A stretch of DNA of 64,000 bases, filler included, from Gonapodya sp. JEL0774 (GCA_027604505.1; 42 parts of 42 records of this genome joined end to end with filler, not necessarily neighbours in it), one strand, 5' to 3'; positions 1 to 13,660 are shown, numbered from the whole stretch's first letter. Notes: a model not told the origin generated them from the sequence alone. Translations and numbers: made by a program.

Positions 1-469
1 GGGTGCAGGCAGCTGCTATGCACGTCAACATGGAGCGATCCTGTGCTTATCAGCAGTCTACACCAGCAGGAATGCCTTTTTGAACAATTTATTGAATGTG
101 CTGAGCCAACATGTCATTCGAGACTGTCTTTCATCAGAATTGGACTTTGCAATTACTTCAATTTCGAGGTGTCCAGCCAGCAAGAACGCTTCATGAATAG
201 CTCTGTCGATATTGTACACTTCCAGTGATCCCAAATCATTCGGTTTCGCTTGTTCCAGTGGTTTTGATGGTTCCTCGAGTGGCGCGAGCACGTCCGCAGC
301 AGGAACCAGATTCCAAGCATCCGTTCAGCTCCCGTCAAGGCTCCGTCCCCCTACTCCCTATCATAGAGAAATCCTCTTCACACTTTTACATTCGATCTGC
401 CCTTCGTGCATTGCGCTCGAATCACGGTCTAGCCTTTCCCCTATTGTCTCGAACACTGTATCCCCCACG

Positions 470-1317
470 ATGGCACGCACGAAAGAATCTCCCAGTGCGA
501 AACGCACTGTACGGAGGCCCGTTGTGTCGAAGAAATTGAGTGTGAAGAGGGTACCAACGAAGTCTTCTGAGAAGCGTGAGTTCAAATCCGTTTCAAGTTG
601 TTCTTCCATTAAGGGAGCTTGAGAAGAGTCGCGATTGGAGATAAATCGGTCACCAGATGTTTACATCAAGCATTTGGAATTGAATTATGGTGATTGCGAC
701 TGTCGGAGCTCCACTTCTGAGTCCATTTTCTCCCCACCAACCCATGCTCTCGAATCAGCTCCCCGGAAACCCCACCGCTTCCGCCCTGGCACGGTCGCTC
801 TTCAAGAAATTCGCAAATACCAAAAGTCCACCAATCTCCTTATTCGCAAGCTCCCGTTCGCTCGCCTGGTGAGTCGCATCTGCAGCGAATGCTTTAACTC
901 CCCTTAAGTATTTCACATTTTAACACCTTCTTTCCTTCACTCCCCTACCCGCTGCTCTCTCCTACCATGCTCGTCGAATAGGTCAAGGAGATTACTCAAG
1001 ACTACATAAACACCCACTTTGCCCAAAAAGGTTTCGGCATGAGGTGGCAGAGCAATGCCATTATGGCCCTGCAGGAAGCCGCCGAATCGTACCTGGTGCA
1101 CTTGTTTGAAGACGCGTCAGTATGACATTTGCAGTGTGATGCTCACTTTTCGATTCCAGTGTGGGGTGTGGGACTAACTCCACTTTTACTCGTTCGCTCC
1201 TCGATCAACCACCGATTTAGCAACCTTTGTGCTATCCATGCCAAGCGTGTCACTATTATGCAGAAAGATATGCACCTTGCGAGGAGATTGAGGGGTCACG
1301 AGGACCTCGAGCCCTGA
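470..1317 (+). CDS. CSE4: Centromeric histone H3 variant (CenH3/CENP-A/Cse4), complete, 4 exons (470-575, 759-868, 982-1115, 1221-1317)
   Basis: MARTK start followed by a divergent tail. Histone fold [36 protein letters not shown]...[22 protein letters not shown]. CenH3 hallmarks: LPFARL instead of LPFQRL, extended loop 1 ([14 protein letters not shown]), RWQS instead of RFQS. GT-AG introns restore the frame. Confidence 0.9.
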
Positions 1318-1439
1318 GAAGGAGGTTGATGCGCACATTTGGGTTGCGGTATGTCGTCCGGCACGAGCGAGCTGGACCTTCATTATTTGTTGAAATATTT
1401 TAATAGGGGGCAGTAAGAGTGCAAGCAGGAAACATTCGC

Positions 1440-1539
1440 NNNNNNNNNNNNNNNNNNNNNNNNNNNNNNNNNNNNNNNNNNNNTTAATTAATTAANNNNN
1501 NNNNNNNNNNNNNNNNNNNNNNNNNNNNNNNNNNNNNNN
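1440..1539. other. Artificial contig-joining spacer N44-TTAATTAATTAA-N44 (first of 41 copies, about every 1.52-1.54 kb up to 62532-62631)
   Basis: Identical 100-bp block with stops in all six frames; flanking contigs are unrelated and decrease steadily in length. Confidence 0.99.
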
Positions 1540-2314
1540 TGACAACTCGATTGGGAATCCAACTGATTTGACATGTTTCCCTGGTTGGAGCGGAGGCACG
1601 ATCCTTGTGGACATTTTCAGGGGCGTCCTTCAGATCTCATCAGATCCTCAGTCGCAGCGTTTGATGCATTTGTGACGTCACTTTGCCACCGAGATGTCCC
1701 ATCTATCGACTGCCCGAATGAATTGTTTCGGGAAAAAGTTTTTGTGAGATGAACTGCTACTGGTGACGAGCACGCGTACCGTGTTTATGGGCACGTTGAG
1801 GATGCGATATCAGTCCGGCAGGCCGATACTCATCCAAATGGACGACAAAACGGAGCAAGATTTAGCTATAAACATCAATGGGTATTGCAAGTACGCATCT
1901 ACACCAAGGCACACGAATTCGTAGTTTCAGGTGGCTGGCCGGTTGGCTTAATTGAGAATGAATTCAAACCCCCTGGCGTGTATAATAATCATATAGAGCG
2001 ACTTCACAAGCTCCGCAGAGAGCACTAATCTCCATCTATATTTGCTTGCATGCTTCCCTTCGCATCCGCGGTATTGATTGTGGATTAATAGTTCATCAGT
2101 CATCTCAGTACTCGGAAATCGACGTCGAGGGTGAGCGTGCTTCTTCACGTTCATGACGAATGACTAGAATCTTGGGCAAGTGGTTCAGAAGTTGTTGACG
2201 CCATTCTTTCGTCATGATTCTGCCGCTCATTTTATACAATTCTGGGGTTCCAAGGAATCTCGAAATGTAACATGTGAATTGGACGAGTGCACGGCCGCAT
2301 TGCCATGATATCTT

Positions 2315-2977
2315 GTGGATCCTTTCTTCTCCCACCCACTCCCCACTCTGCATCTCCAGCACTCGCCGCACTCGCCGCACGCACTCTGCACTCCACACGC
2401 ACTCCACGAAGCCACACACACTCACACACCACACTCACTCTCTGCCCCCATGTCTGTCTCCGCTGCCACACTTGAGTCCGTCAAAGTCGCCATCTCGATC
2501 AAACAAACCCAAAGTGTCAATCTCAATCACAAAGTCAAAATCCTGATGGAATCGCAACAAATCAAACCCCAGTGCGGTCTTGTTGGTGGCGCTGTCACAG
2601 ACGGTGACAAGGTGTCCCAGTGCGTGGACAGTGCCGACGCTGCCGTTAAAAGTGCCGGGCAAGAACAAGTGATTCAATACGAGGTTGTCCACACCAAACT
2701 CCAAGGACCAGAGGAACATCGCGACACCAAGGGCAAGGCATGGCTCCACGCCCTGGAAACTCAAGCCCTCAAGGACCTCGACGACCCCGCGTCCGTGTCC
2801 GTGTCCGTGTCGGGGGACTCCGGTTCCGACTCCGACTCTGACTCCGACGACGACGTTCTGTCCGTGTCCTTGTCTGTGTCGGACACCACCACCACCTTTG
2901 CCTCGACCTCCTCCGACTCCACCAAAGACTCCTCGTCCACATCCTCCACCCCCACATCCCCCTCCTTCCCCCGCTCC
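2315..2977 (+). CDS. Hypothetical protein with Ser/Asp/Thr low-complexity region, 3'-truncated by contig end
   Basis: Open frame of about 220 codons with SVSVSVSGDSGSDSDSDSDDD; no recognised domain; true start uncertain. Confidence 0.4.
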
Positions 2978-3077
2978 NNNNNNNNNNNNNNNNNNNNNNN
3001 NNNNNNNNNNNNNNNNNNNNNTTAATTAATTAANNNNNNNNNNNNNNNNNNNNNNNNNNNNNNNNNNNNNNNNNNNN

Positions 3078-4515
3078 GTGGTCGGGTTCCCGCCCGAGGA
3101 GATCATCTTCGACCCCAATATTTTGACCATCGCGACGGGCATGGAGGAGCACAATGGGTACGCGAAGGAGTTTATTAGGGCCGTGGAGAGGATAAAGAAG
3201 GAGTTGCCCGGGGCAAAGGTACGTTCGCGAGGGGAGTGAGGTGCGTGCGCGGAGGGTATCTCAACGTCCTCGGGGTGACGTGTTACCCCACTTACCGCCC
3301 ATCCATCCAGGTCTCTGGCGGCGTCTCCAACCTGTCCTTCTCTTTCCGCGGCAAGGGCGAGCTCCGCGAAGCCATGCACTCGGTCTTCCTCTACCACGCC
3401 ATCAAGGTCGGCATGGACATGGGTATCGTCAACGCGGGCGCGTTACCCATCTACGACGACATACCTGCCGAACTCAAGCAGCTATGCGAGGACGCGGTGT
3501 GGGATCGGGACCCTGAGGTGACGGAGAAGCTGCTCAAGTACGCGGAAAAGTCCAAAGCGGCTGGCAAAAAGGACGGCGGGGCGGGCGGGGAAGAAGACGC
3601 GTGGCGCAAGTTGGACGTGGAGGGGCGACTGTCGCACGCGCTCGTCAAGGGCATCACGGACTACGTGGTGCAGGATACGGAGGAGGCTAGGTTGGACAAG
3701 GTGAAGTACCCGAGACCGTTGAACGTTATCGAGGGGCCCTTGATGAAGGGGATGGCGGTGGTCGGCGAGTTGTTTGGGAGTGGCAAGATGTTCTTGCCGC
3801 AGGTGATCAAGAGTGCTAGGTGGGTGGGGGGCGAGGCGGGTGAGACCTTGGTGCTTGTGGTGTATAAGTGACATGCTCTGTTTTGCATTTTTTTTTCTTT
3901 TATTTACATGGATGAAGAGTGATGAAGAAGGCCGTGGCTCACCTCATACCGTACATGGAGGAGGAGCGACTTGCCAACCTCGCCGCCGCCGGCATCGCCG
4001 ACGACCTCGACGACGTCAACTCCGCCTACAACGGCACCGTCGTGATGGCGACCGTCAAGGGCGACGTGCACGATATCGGCAAGAACATTGTGGGCGTGGT
4101 GCTCGGGTGCAACAACTACCGTGTCGTGGACCTCGGAGTCATGGTGCCGTGCGAGAAGATTCTCGATACGGTGATCAAGGAGAAGGCTGACGTGCTGGGG
4201 TTGAGCGGGTTGATCACACCGAGTTTGGACGAGATGGTGTTTGTGGCCAAGGAGATGGAGAGGAGGGGGATGAAGGTTTGTGTGGTGTCGTCTGGTGGGT
4301 TTGGGCGAGCGACGCGTTCTCACCAAGTCTGTCGCTTTCAAAACGAAATAGGTGCCTCTCATGATTGGCGGTGCTACGACTTCGAAAATGCACACCGCGG
4401 TCAAGATCGCGCCCCGATACAGTAACCCCGCCGTGCATGTCTTGGACGCGTCCCGCTCCGTCGTGGTCGTATCGTCCATGCTCGACCCGGTCAACAAGGA
4501 CGATTTCGTGGAAGA
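3078..4515 (+). CDS. MTR: Cobalamin-dependent methionine synthase (MetH/MTR), internal fragment: pterin-binding, cap and B12-binding domains; exons 3078-3218, 3311-3819, 3918-4275, 4352-4515
   Basis: [75 protein letters not shown] (DxHxxG cobalamin ligand motif), [27 protein letters not shown]; three GT-AG introns. Confidence 0.97.
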
Positions 4516-4615
4516 NNNNNNNNNNNNNNNNNNNNNNNNNNNNNNNNNNNNNNNNNNNNTTAATTAATTAANNNNNNNNNNNNNNNNNNNNNNNNNNNNN
4601 NNNNNNNNNNNNNNN

Positions 4616-5900
4616 CCAAACACCTGTCCAAGAGTGTCGAATCGAACTTTGGTGATGCGATTGGCACCGGGTGCATTGTACTTTATCAAAGGCTGTTCTT
4701 GACAATACTGGAAGAGCAGAATGGAGTGATTGGAACCTTCGGTAGCCGCAGCGAGGTCTATGATGCGGTAAAATCAGAGTTGAGAAGTGTTTGACTTTTA
4801 TGGGACTTCTGCGTGCTCACAATAGCTCATGGTAGGATGGGGTTCAAGATACACAAGGCCGGGTATTTCGCGACTCAGGATCTGACCCTCATGATTAGCA
4901 CCAGCAGGCGCTAAAAGTGCATGCCATTTAACCGTCTGACCACCTCGTCACAAGCAGCAATATTTTCACGACTGCTACTCACACGACTTGCGGAAGGATA
5001 GGCTTCTCGTCAATCCCGGACTTTTGGATGGGATGACATTATCCGCACTGGATGCTCTCGACAGTCTCGTCGCTGACGCTGTCAGCCTCTCCAGAGTACT
5101 CTTTGTTCGGTTGCTGTCGTGGCTGTGAATAGAGGACGTCTCGCTCGCGCCTCCAGATTGAGGGAGAGGGATGCTAGCGATGGAGAGCGGTCGATGAAGC
5201 TCAGTGTCCTCTGATGGGGTATGGTGAGCCTCCGTCGGACCCCACCTGGGGGACTTCAGGTTGGGAATCATTCTCATTGGGTTCGGGAACTATGCGCAGC
5301 AGCCGCGACACTCACTCCAACGAGAGAATGGGAATTTTCTAGATCAATTTCATATATCCTTTTTGCAGTACCAATGGCGACGATGTTATCGTTTGCCTGG
5401 AATGCAGCACGTTAACTCCACCACAAGAAGGAGAAGCGGTTTGAAATGGACTGACGTGATTGACGGCGAAGCTGCCTATCAGTTCCGGCTCTTTAAATAT
5501 CACTTCGCTTCCTGTTCGACGTCTCGTTGCTCCTACCATGCCAAGCTCCTCGGGAGCCTCCTTGAGCTTCTGGAACGGAAGCTCGGGCATCGAAGTAGAT
5601 TTCAGTACCGCCAAGGTGCGCCGGTGTTCGATATCTCGAAGTGACTTTTGAAATGATTCGAGTGTAATCAGACCTGTAATATAAGCATTGTAAAGCGAAG
5701 TTATTGCGAGCGCCAGTATGTCACAGTGGGTTATTCGTACACAAAAACTTACTTTCTCGGAAGTCATTGGGAGTTGTAATACGCTTTTGCGTCTCAGAGA
5801 GAAAGTACGAAAGAGATCGGAGAAGACCGTCGCGCACAAACGCGAATAATTCGTCTGCGATCGTCAGCAAGCCACGTTCAGCGCTCAACAAACTTGATGG
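4616..5900 (-). CDS. DmX-like/Rabconnectin-3alpha (Rav1-related) protein, C-terminal WD40 region fragment, multi-exon
   Basis: Exons read GSEVIFKEPELIGSFAVNHV, REIPGLVYLEPHPTMSY and LAAATEGSNHSILLFQYCQEQPLIKYNAPGANRITKVRFDTLG. These resemble, in the same order, the DMXL C-terminal segments as I recall them. Upper boundary approximate. Confidence 0.7.
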
Positions 5901-6153
5901 CTGATTTAGAAGCGTTCAGCGTACTGACCAGATCCATTCTCCTCAAGAACCCGCATATAATCTTCTAGATACACCGAAATATGGTGGATGACCCTTCCCA
6001 GACGAATTCATGAGTGTAGATCTAGTTCGACAGGCTGAACACAAGTTCACTACNNNNNNNNNNNNNNNNNNNNNNNNNNNNNNNNNNNNNNNNNNNNTTA
6101 ATTAATTAANNNNNNNNNNNNNNNNNNNNNNNNNNNNNNNNNNNNNNNNNNNN

Positions 6154-7530
6154 GGTCCAAAGGGAATTGTTGATCGAACCGACATACACGACTTTTAATA
6201 TTTCAGCAACTCACATGTGAGAAGTGTTTGTTTGAAATGAGCATGCGTCTCCCCGTCAGGGTCTTCAATAGCGGACCACAAGGTGTTGCCATTGTTCATG
6301 TGTTCTAGGCGTTTGGCTCTCAGAGCTTCAAAATCAGAGCGGTAAACAGCTTTCTGTTCCTCAGCAACTATTTGGGTAAATTTAAGTGAAGTGAGGAGAT
6401 TTGCGGCACCACATAGCTGCAAAGCACGCAAAACGTACAGGAGCCGTTATTCCACGGAAAGATCCAGGCAGCTGTCCTTTGGTAAACGTCAACTTGGGCA
6501 GACTGCTTTACAATCTGGGATACGACTTGTAAACCCTACAAGAGACATCAAGATCGGTTCCTGATCAAGATAAAAGACCCGTAACGGCTTTGCGAAAACC
6601 TCGCAACGCACCGAGGGCCCGGTACCAATGACAGCCACTTTCTTGTCCTTCAAGGGAATGCTATCGTCCCATTCGACGGTGTGGATGTACTAGGAGTGCG
6701 GTGAGTTTGAGAGATAAATGTGCATATTACTCGTTAGGCAAAGAGCTCGTTCCAGACTGCTGGCACATACCTGTCCCTTGAATTTTTGAGCTCCTGGATA
6801 CTCTGGAGCGTATGGTCGGGTGAATGGTCCGCTCGACTGGAATATGCACGGTAGTAATCAGTTGAGTGCAATTCCCGCGAAATTTGAAATGAGGTTCTGT
6901 TTCCGCTTACGTTGTAGAAGATGTTCGCCTTGAAGATCCCTTCCCCTACGATCTCTCTCGGAATTGCCTGTCCCCACTGCCCCTCACCTTCAACCTTCTC
7001 CGCCTCTTCTTCTGTCTTAGGAGGAGCAAATTGTCTCCACCGTAGCTCCCACACGCCTTCCTTCTCGTTCCACGTGGCTGATTCGATCTCCGTATTGAAT
7101 CGAACGTATTTGGCGAGCTCATATTTCTCGAAGACCCTCTCCATGTAAGACTTGATTTCAGTTCGCGGAGGGAACTCACAGGACCAGTTCGGATTCAGTT
7201 CGAAGGAGAGCGAATCTGGGCGTGTGATATTTTGTAGTGTTGGCCCCGTGGAGGGAAGGAGGCAGATATTGTGAGCTTCAGGGTCCCTTCAACAATTTCT
7301 GCAGCTTCCAACCTCTTCCCCAGGCATTGAAAACTCACAATAATGTGCCGCAACATCACAAGCAGCTTTGCAATCAATGAGACCGCGGTTCATCCAATAG
7401 TACATGAGATCACATGGTGTCAGAGTCAGTGCCGAACAGCCGACGGAGCTCGATCGGCTCAGATGAGAAAAACCTCACCTCCTGGATATCGTTGATGTCT
7501 CCACGTTCCTCCGATGCCGTTTGATTTTTC
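6154..7530 (-). CDS. Flavin-containing / Baeyer-Villiger-type monooxygenase, multi-exon fragment
   Basis: EKSNGIGGTWRHQRYPG, SFELNPNWS, YVRFNTEIESATWNEKEGVW, PGAQKFKGQYIHTVEWD (FxGxxxHxxxWD fingerprint), KKVAVIGTGPS. Confidence 0.9.
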
Positions 7531-7690
7531 TGATACGTTGAAAATCGATGGATTTGAGCCGCCGACTCAAACCCGCTCGGGCAATCTGTTNNNNNNNNNN
7601 NNNNNNNNNNNNNNNNNNNNNNNNNNNNNNNNNNTTAATTAATTAANNNNNNNNNNNNNNNNNNNNNNNNNNNNNNNNNNNNNNNNNNNN

Positions 7691-8644
<954 letters not shown>

Positions 8645-8929
8645 ACTTTGCTCGCTCGACGATCGAAAAATTTGCAGGTCTACGAGCACGCATGACAGGG
8701 AATGCAGACTCCGATTGCTTTTTAGCTTAAAGATGTTTGATTTGGCAGCAATAACAAACTGTACAGTCTTTTAAACAGTGGATGAAGACGGTCCGCATAT
8801 GATCGGGCAGCTTCCAACAATAAAGCAATCTTCCTTGCATGGCTCCAAGCAACCAAGCGACACGTATCAAACCACACACCACCACGCAATTACATAATGG
8901 ATTCCTCAACATAGCTTCTCCGCGATCCA

Positions 8930-9127
8930 TCACTTCTTGTTCTTGACCGCCATTGCTGTACCAATATTGACAGAGTTGACCTACACATGACACAAGGCAG
9001 AGAACCACACGAGTCAGAGCTCCACCACAACACGGTCCATTATCGACACGGGCTCCCCAGATCTCTCTCACCTTGGTCGCAAACCTCAACGAGTTCAATG
9101 TCTCGGAGAAATGAAGTGGTAAGGGGC
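8930..9127 (-). CDS. C-terminal-motor kinesin (kinesin-14, Kar3-like), last two exons
   Basis: Spliced reading PLPLHFSETLNSLRFATK|VNSVNIGTAMAVKNKK-stop: the kinesin ETLNSLRFA motif at the extreme C-terminus. Convergent with MAP2. Confidence 0.85.
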
Positions 9128-9457
9128 NNNNNNNNNNNNNNNNNNNNNNNNNNNNNNNNNNNNNNNNNNNNTTAATTAATTAANNNNNNNNNNNNNNNNN
9201 NNNNNNNNNNNNNNNNNNNNNNNNNNNTTATTGAGCGTATTGTTCTTTATCTGGACCCAGTGGACAAGGCTGCCTGTGTCCGTGTTTGGTGAGTTCTTGA
9301 AAACGAGTCTTCTGCCTGATTTTATGCGTCGGCATCTGACGGAGGGTTCGCATAAACTCGATGAAAACCGAAATGAAGCAAAATCTGGCGACCGATCGCC
9401 TTCGGTGCTCTTTGGAGGACTTGGACGTTCCAGGACACTCAACAGAGCGAACTTCAG

Positions 9458-10480
9458 GTGGTTGCGTTCCATTCCTTCGCCAAGCGGACCAAGGAAGAAG
9501 TTCGAACGCGCCATGTAGAGATAGAATACGACCCACAATCTCTTTCACAGCACTCGGAACGTGCGGACGTCCTTCTTGCGCTTCAACAGATTTCGGCCCA
9601 CGTGCTTTCCTTGATCTACAGGTGTTCAAACTACGAGCTTTTCGCCATGGTATCCTGCGTCTTTCTATCTACAGCCGCAAATCTGAAGCGATTTGAGATT
9701 TTTGACTCCCCGACTGCCTCGAGTGTATGGTTGGACCGCTTACTCCCGCTATGCCATACCCTCGAGCAACTCAGCTTTGACATGCCACACAGTGCCACAA
9801 AAGTGACACTCCCCGCCGAACTAGCACACTCACTGAAAATATTGAATTGTTGCTGGGAGAAGGTCCAGAATTTGGACCAGATTGGACGGTACGAGTCACT
9901 TGAACAAGTTACCATCTTCGACTTCCCAGACAATTTTGATCAACTGAAACAGCTTCGAAATCTTTCGGTACTTGGAATTACATATGACAAAGACACATGG
10001 GGTGCAGTAGCCACGGTACTCTCCAGCATCGGGGGACAACTTCGAGCACTCTTAATGACTGCTGGTGGCGTGGTCCAGACCAGCATGATTGAGAATATTG
10101 TTCAGCATTGTGGGAATCTTGAATTCTTGGAGTTATCGGACTTTTATCAATGCTCTGTGGCCGTTCTTTGGCGTGTGATTGAGGCACTTCCACGACTTGG
10201 AGCAGTGAACCTCTTAAGAACGAATCTCATCGCTGACAGACTTGCGAAAATAGCTCTGGACTCAGTTATCTCACGACGGGTGGAAAAAGTGACGTTGTTT
10301 TTCCGATGGAAATCAGTGGATGTATCGTCGCTCAATGACAATTTCAGAGAGGAACTCAGAGAGGAAGTGGACACAAGAACATGGACGGACTTGACACTTG
10401 GTGGATGCAAACCTTTGGGAGATAGAGAATCCGTTGGTTGGTCGAGTAGTGCGCAAAGGTTTTACACTGAGCTTTTATAG
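9458..10480 (+). CDS. Leucine-rich-repeat (RNI-like, probable F-box/LRR) protein, final large exon
   Basis: Repeated LxxLxL motifs (NLKRFEI, TLEQLSF, SLKILNC, SLEQVTI, NLSVLGI, CGNLEFLEL, LPRLGAVNL); acceptor CAG at 9455-9457. Confidence 0.7.
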   Translation: MVAFHSFAKRTKEEVRTRHVEIEYDPQSLSQHSERADVLLALQQISAHVLSLIYRCSNYELFAMVSCVFLSTAANLKRFEIFDSPTASSVWLDRLLPLCHTLEQLSFDMPHSATKVTLPAELAHSLKILNCCWEKVQNLDQIGRYESLEQVTIFDFPDNFDQLKQLRNLSVLGITYDKDTWGAVATVLSSIGGQLRALLMTAGGVVQTSMIENIVQHCGNLEFLELSDFYQCSVAVLWRVIEALPRLGAVNLLRTNLIADRLAKIALDSVISRRVEKVTLFFRWKSVDVSSLNDNFREELREEVDTRTWTDLTLGGCKPLGDRESVGWSSSAQRFYTELL

Positions 10481-11601
10481 TGACCTGATACTTCGGTAGT
10501 GGGTAGTGCTGACGGCTGCGTACGATAGATCGGCATTGGTAATGAAACGTTGCACATAAGTGTTCATTAATGCAAGTGCAGATGCACCTAAAATAGAATT
10601 ACATTGGTGCGTCTCCGTGCACATGCATACAGAATGCAAAACAAAGGCGAATATTAGGGTGTGCNNNNNNNNNNNNNNNNNNNNNNNNNNNNNNNNNNNN
10701 NNNNNNNNTTAATTAATTAANNNNNNNNNNNNNNNNNNNNNNNNNNNNNNNNNNNNNNNNNNNNCCATCCAAAACCCCTTCGCTCCAACCCACCACCTTT
10801 CTGGACCGCTTCATTCTTCCCCTTCGCGCGCACCCGCGTGACCCACCCCCTGAATGGGCGCTCATCTACCCGCCTGTCGAGCCGCAAGAGCAAGAGGGAC
10901 ACAACGTGGACGTGGACGTGGAACTCGACGTGGCGTTCATCGTGAGGGAGTACAGGGAGCCTGTGAGGGAAAAGTGCAGGCAGGTGGTGGAAGGGTGGTT
11001 GAGGCACAAGGTTGCGGAGGGGAGCAGGGCGTGGGGTGAGTTTGGCTGGTGCGGGTCATAGTGTGTGAGGACAGTTCTCATACTTGTCCCCATCACCATG
11101 TTTGTTCACAACACGCTTTGATACCAGCTCGTGCGCTCACCATGTGGCAAGTCCGAGACGATACCTTGCCGTTGTATTGGTGACGTGGATCCGTCACACA
11201 TACCCACCCCACTTCGCCCAATCGCTCTATTCACATACACACGCATATGGAGAACCCACCAAAACTATCACGGGAGTCATCTACAACGTGGCGTCCTTTG
11301 TGTTTACCGTTCCGACTACAGTTGATTGGGGTTGCCGGGCGACCGTAGCGCACATACCGTACCGTTTTGCCCTAGCATTGCATTTTTTTTTCTTGCTAGT
11401 TTTGAGATATTGTTTTTGGGCAGGGCTGGGGAACTAGACGAAGAGTGATGATGGCTTGACGTCGTCGCCGTTTACATAAACCAACTGTTGGCAACATGTA
11501 CCCTGTTTTGATATAAACGCATACCATGGGTAGTGAATATTTTGAGAGAGTGAGACAGGTTCAAGGGTCACACGAGCCTTTCGTCTCGCCGACAAGGGTT
11601 G

Positions 11602-12159
11602 TTAGAAGGCGTTCAATTGCAGTACAATAATCTCTATTATTACAAAAAAGTGAGTCAAGGTTGCTATCAGCGGCGTAAAACTCGAAAGTTTCCTGTATCT
11701 CTGGCTTTTGCTAAAACCGCCGAAAAGGAAGACAACATGTGAGAGATCGCACGGCGCAGATCTGAAAGTCAACAGCGGTACTCCGGGCGTTCGCCAAAAC
11801 TCACCCCAATCACCGGATACCATCATTCGCTTCACCCACGCATACACGGTCTTTGCCGTCTTGTCACTTAACTCATCTCCTTGCTGCCTCACGACAAACC
11901 CCACGTGAAAATCTCCTCGGCCTGTGGCGGGGCCTGCAAATTCTGCTGGGGGTTCAATGCACACCCATTCCGTTACCACATTCTTGGTATCCTTGTGGGT
12001 GCGCAGGCGGTCGACAAGTTCACTGTAGAACGTTGCTGGGTGAAGATTATCAATCTTTTCTCGAAGTTTGGAATTGGCTGAGGTGAAGAGGGTTTTGTCG
12101 TTGTAGAATATCGTCTTCAGCAGGGCAGGTGTAAAATGGAAACAAGTTTCATTAATCAT
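11602..12159 (-). CDS. Hypothetical protein
   Basis: 185-codon ORF with protein-like composition; no recognised motif. Confidence 0.35.
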   Translation of the reverse strand: MINETCFHFTPALLKTIFYNDKTLFTSANSKLREKIDNLHPATFYSELVDRLRTHKDTKNVVTEWVCIEPPAEFAGPATGRGDFHVGFVVRQQGDELSDKTAKTVYAWVKRMMVSGDWGEFWRTPGVPLLTFRSAPCDLSHVVFLFGGFSKSQRYRKLSSFTPLIATLTHFFVIIEIIVLQLNAF

Positions 12160-12301
12160 TTCTCGAGCAAGGCGGTCATCCTCGAAACCCCACTAGTCTG
12201 ANNNNNNNNNNNNNNNNNNNNNNNNNNNNNNNNNNNNNNNNNNNNTTAATTAATTAANNNNNNNNNNNNNNNNNNNNNNNNNNNNNNNNNNNNNNNNNNN
12301 N

Positions 12302-13660
12302 TTTCATTCGCACTGAAACATCCTTATCTTTTGCTCTGTTTGATTTCCTTCATGAGACTATACCTCTCTCCTCTTGGAAATACAGTGTGAAATCTCACCT
12401 GCTAAGCCACTTTTGCAGAGCACTCGGAGTTGTCTTCGCTAAGGCTGAACCTTTCTCACAAAGCATCTGGCCCAGGCTCTCTGTGGCTGCAAGCCGAATT
12501 TGGTCATTCTCTGTCTAAAAAAGTACCAAGCTGTTCATCTTTAGCTGGACGACACCACGATATAACTCCTCTCACCATCACTTCGTCCTCAAGAACAGGT
12601 ATCAGCCTGTCAAGCACCGACGGAGCAGCACGATGGATTTCGACGATGGATTTATGCGCAGAAAGGACGGTGTCAACATCATTTTCCTCTTTAGCGCGGA
12701 GGATAATGTCAGAGAAGTGCTGGCAGATCAAGACGTTCATGAGAATGACACGAAACGAATCGCGGAAGACGAGCATAGCAACCAACTGTGGCAAAATATC
12801 GTTGCAAATATTCGGATGTGTTCTTGCACAAGTCGACCGCCAATTCGAACGCAGCCGGATTCTTGACCTGATGGTTTGCAGCATGGGGCTCAGTACTGTC
12901 GACAAAAAACATTATCCAAGTAAAATTTATAGTCCACCTTCTTTTCTGGCTCAAACCTCGCCACAATGGCCTCAACAGCCTCCACCGGGAGGCTCCGGAA
13001 TTCCTCGACCACCGATTGAAGAATGTCAAGAAGGCACATGAAAACATTTTTGGAGTGGTCGGTTCTTTCGAACAAACATCACTTCAGAAACGTTGTGATT
13101 CGAGGCAAGGGCTAAGGCTCAAAATCACCTGATTATCTTGAAAGCTTCCGTAAAGAGCTCCTTGACCAATTCTTCTTGCCCATCCTGGATGTCTGACAGG
13201 GTCAAAAAACTTTTGACCGTCGATAATGACTCTAACAAGTAGTACTGCTGTTGAAAATACGCGTTGTCTTCGGTGTTGTCACGAAGCTGTTCGATCTGTT
13301 TGAGAAAAAATTGGAAAACATCCTGCGACGAATGCCTCCATGTGAGAAAATGTCCCCGTGGCAGTTCAGGGGACTTGTGATGAGACAAACTTTCAACTGC
13401 CTCTCTCCATACGGTGGATTAGGGGCATACAACCTCAATACGTCGGCGAGACACACTGCGACGTAGGCCTTGACACCCTTGTCCTATCAATAAAAACGAG
13501 TTCGTACATATTGCATATCTCATGGTCAAGATTCCAACCTGGTGTGACTCGCCTTATGGCTTAAAAGAGATCCTTGGACCAGGTCTTTCGCGACACTGTC
13601 CAGAGACACTACGTCCAAATCGTCCTGATCAAAACGCGAAAGCTCGTTGTGGAGATCCTA
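12302..13660 (-). CDS. PDS5: Sister chromatid cohesion protein Pds5, N-terminal multi-exon fragment
   Basis: LHNELSRFDQD, DKGVKAYVAVCLADVLRLYAPNPPY, DVFQFFLKQI, YYLLESLSTVKS, SAHKSIVEIHRAAPSVLDRLIPVLEDE. Confidence 0.92.
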
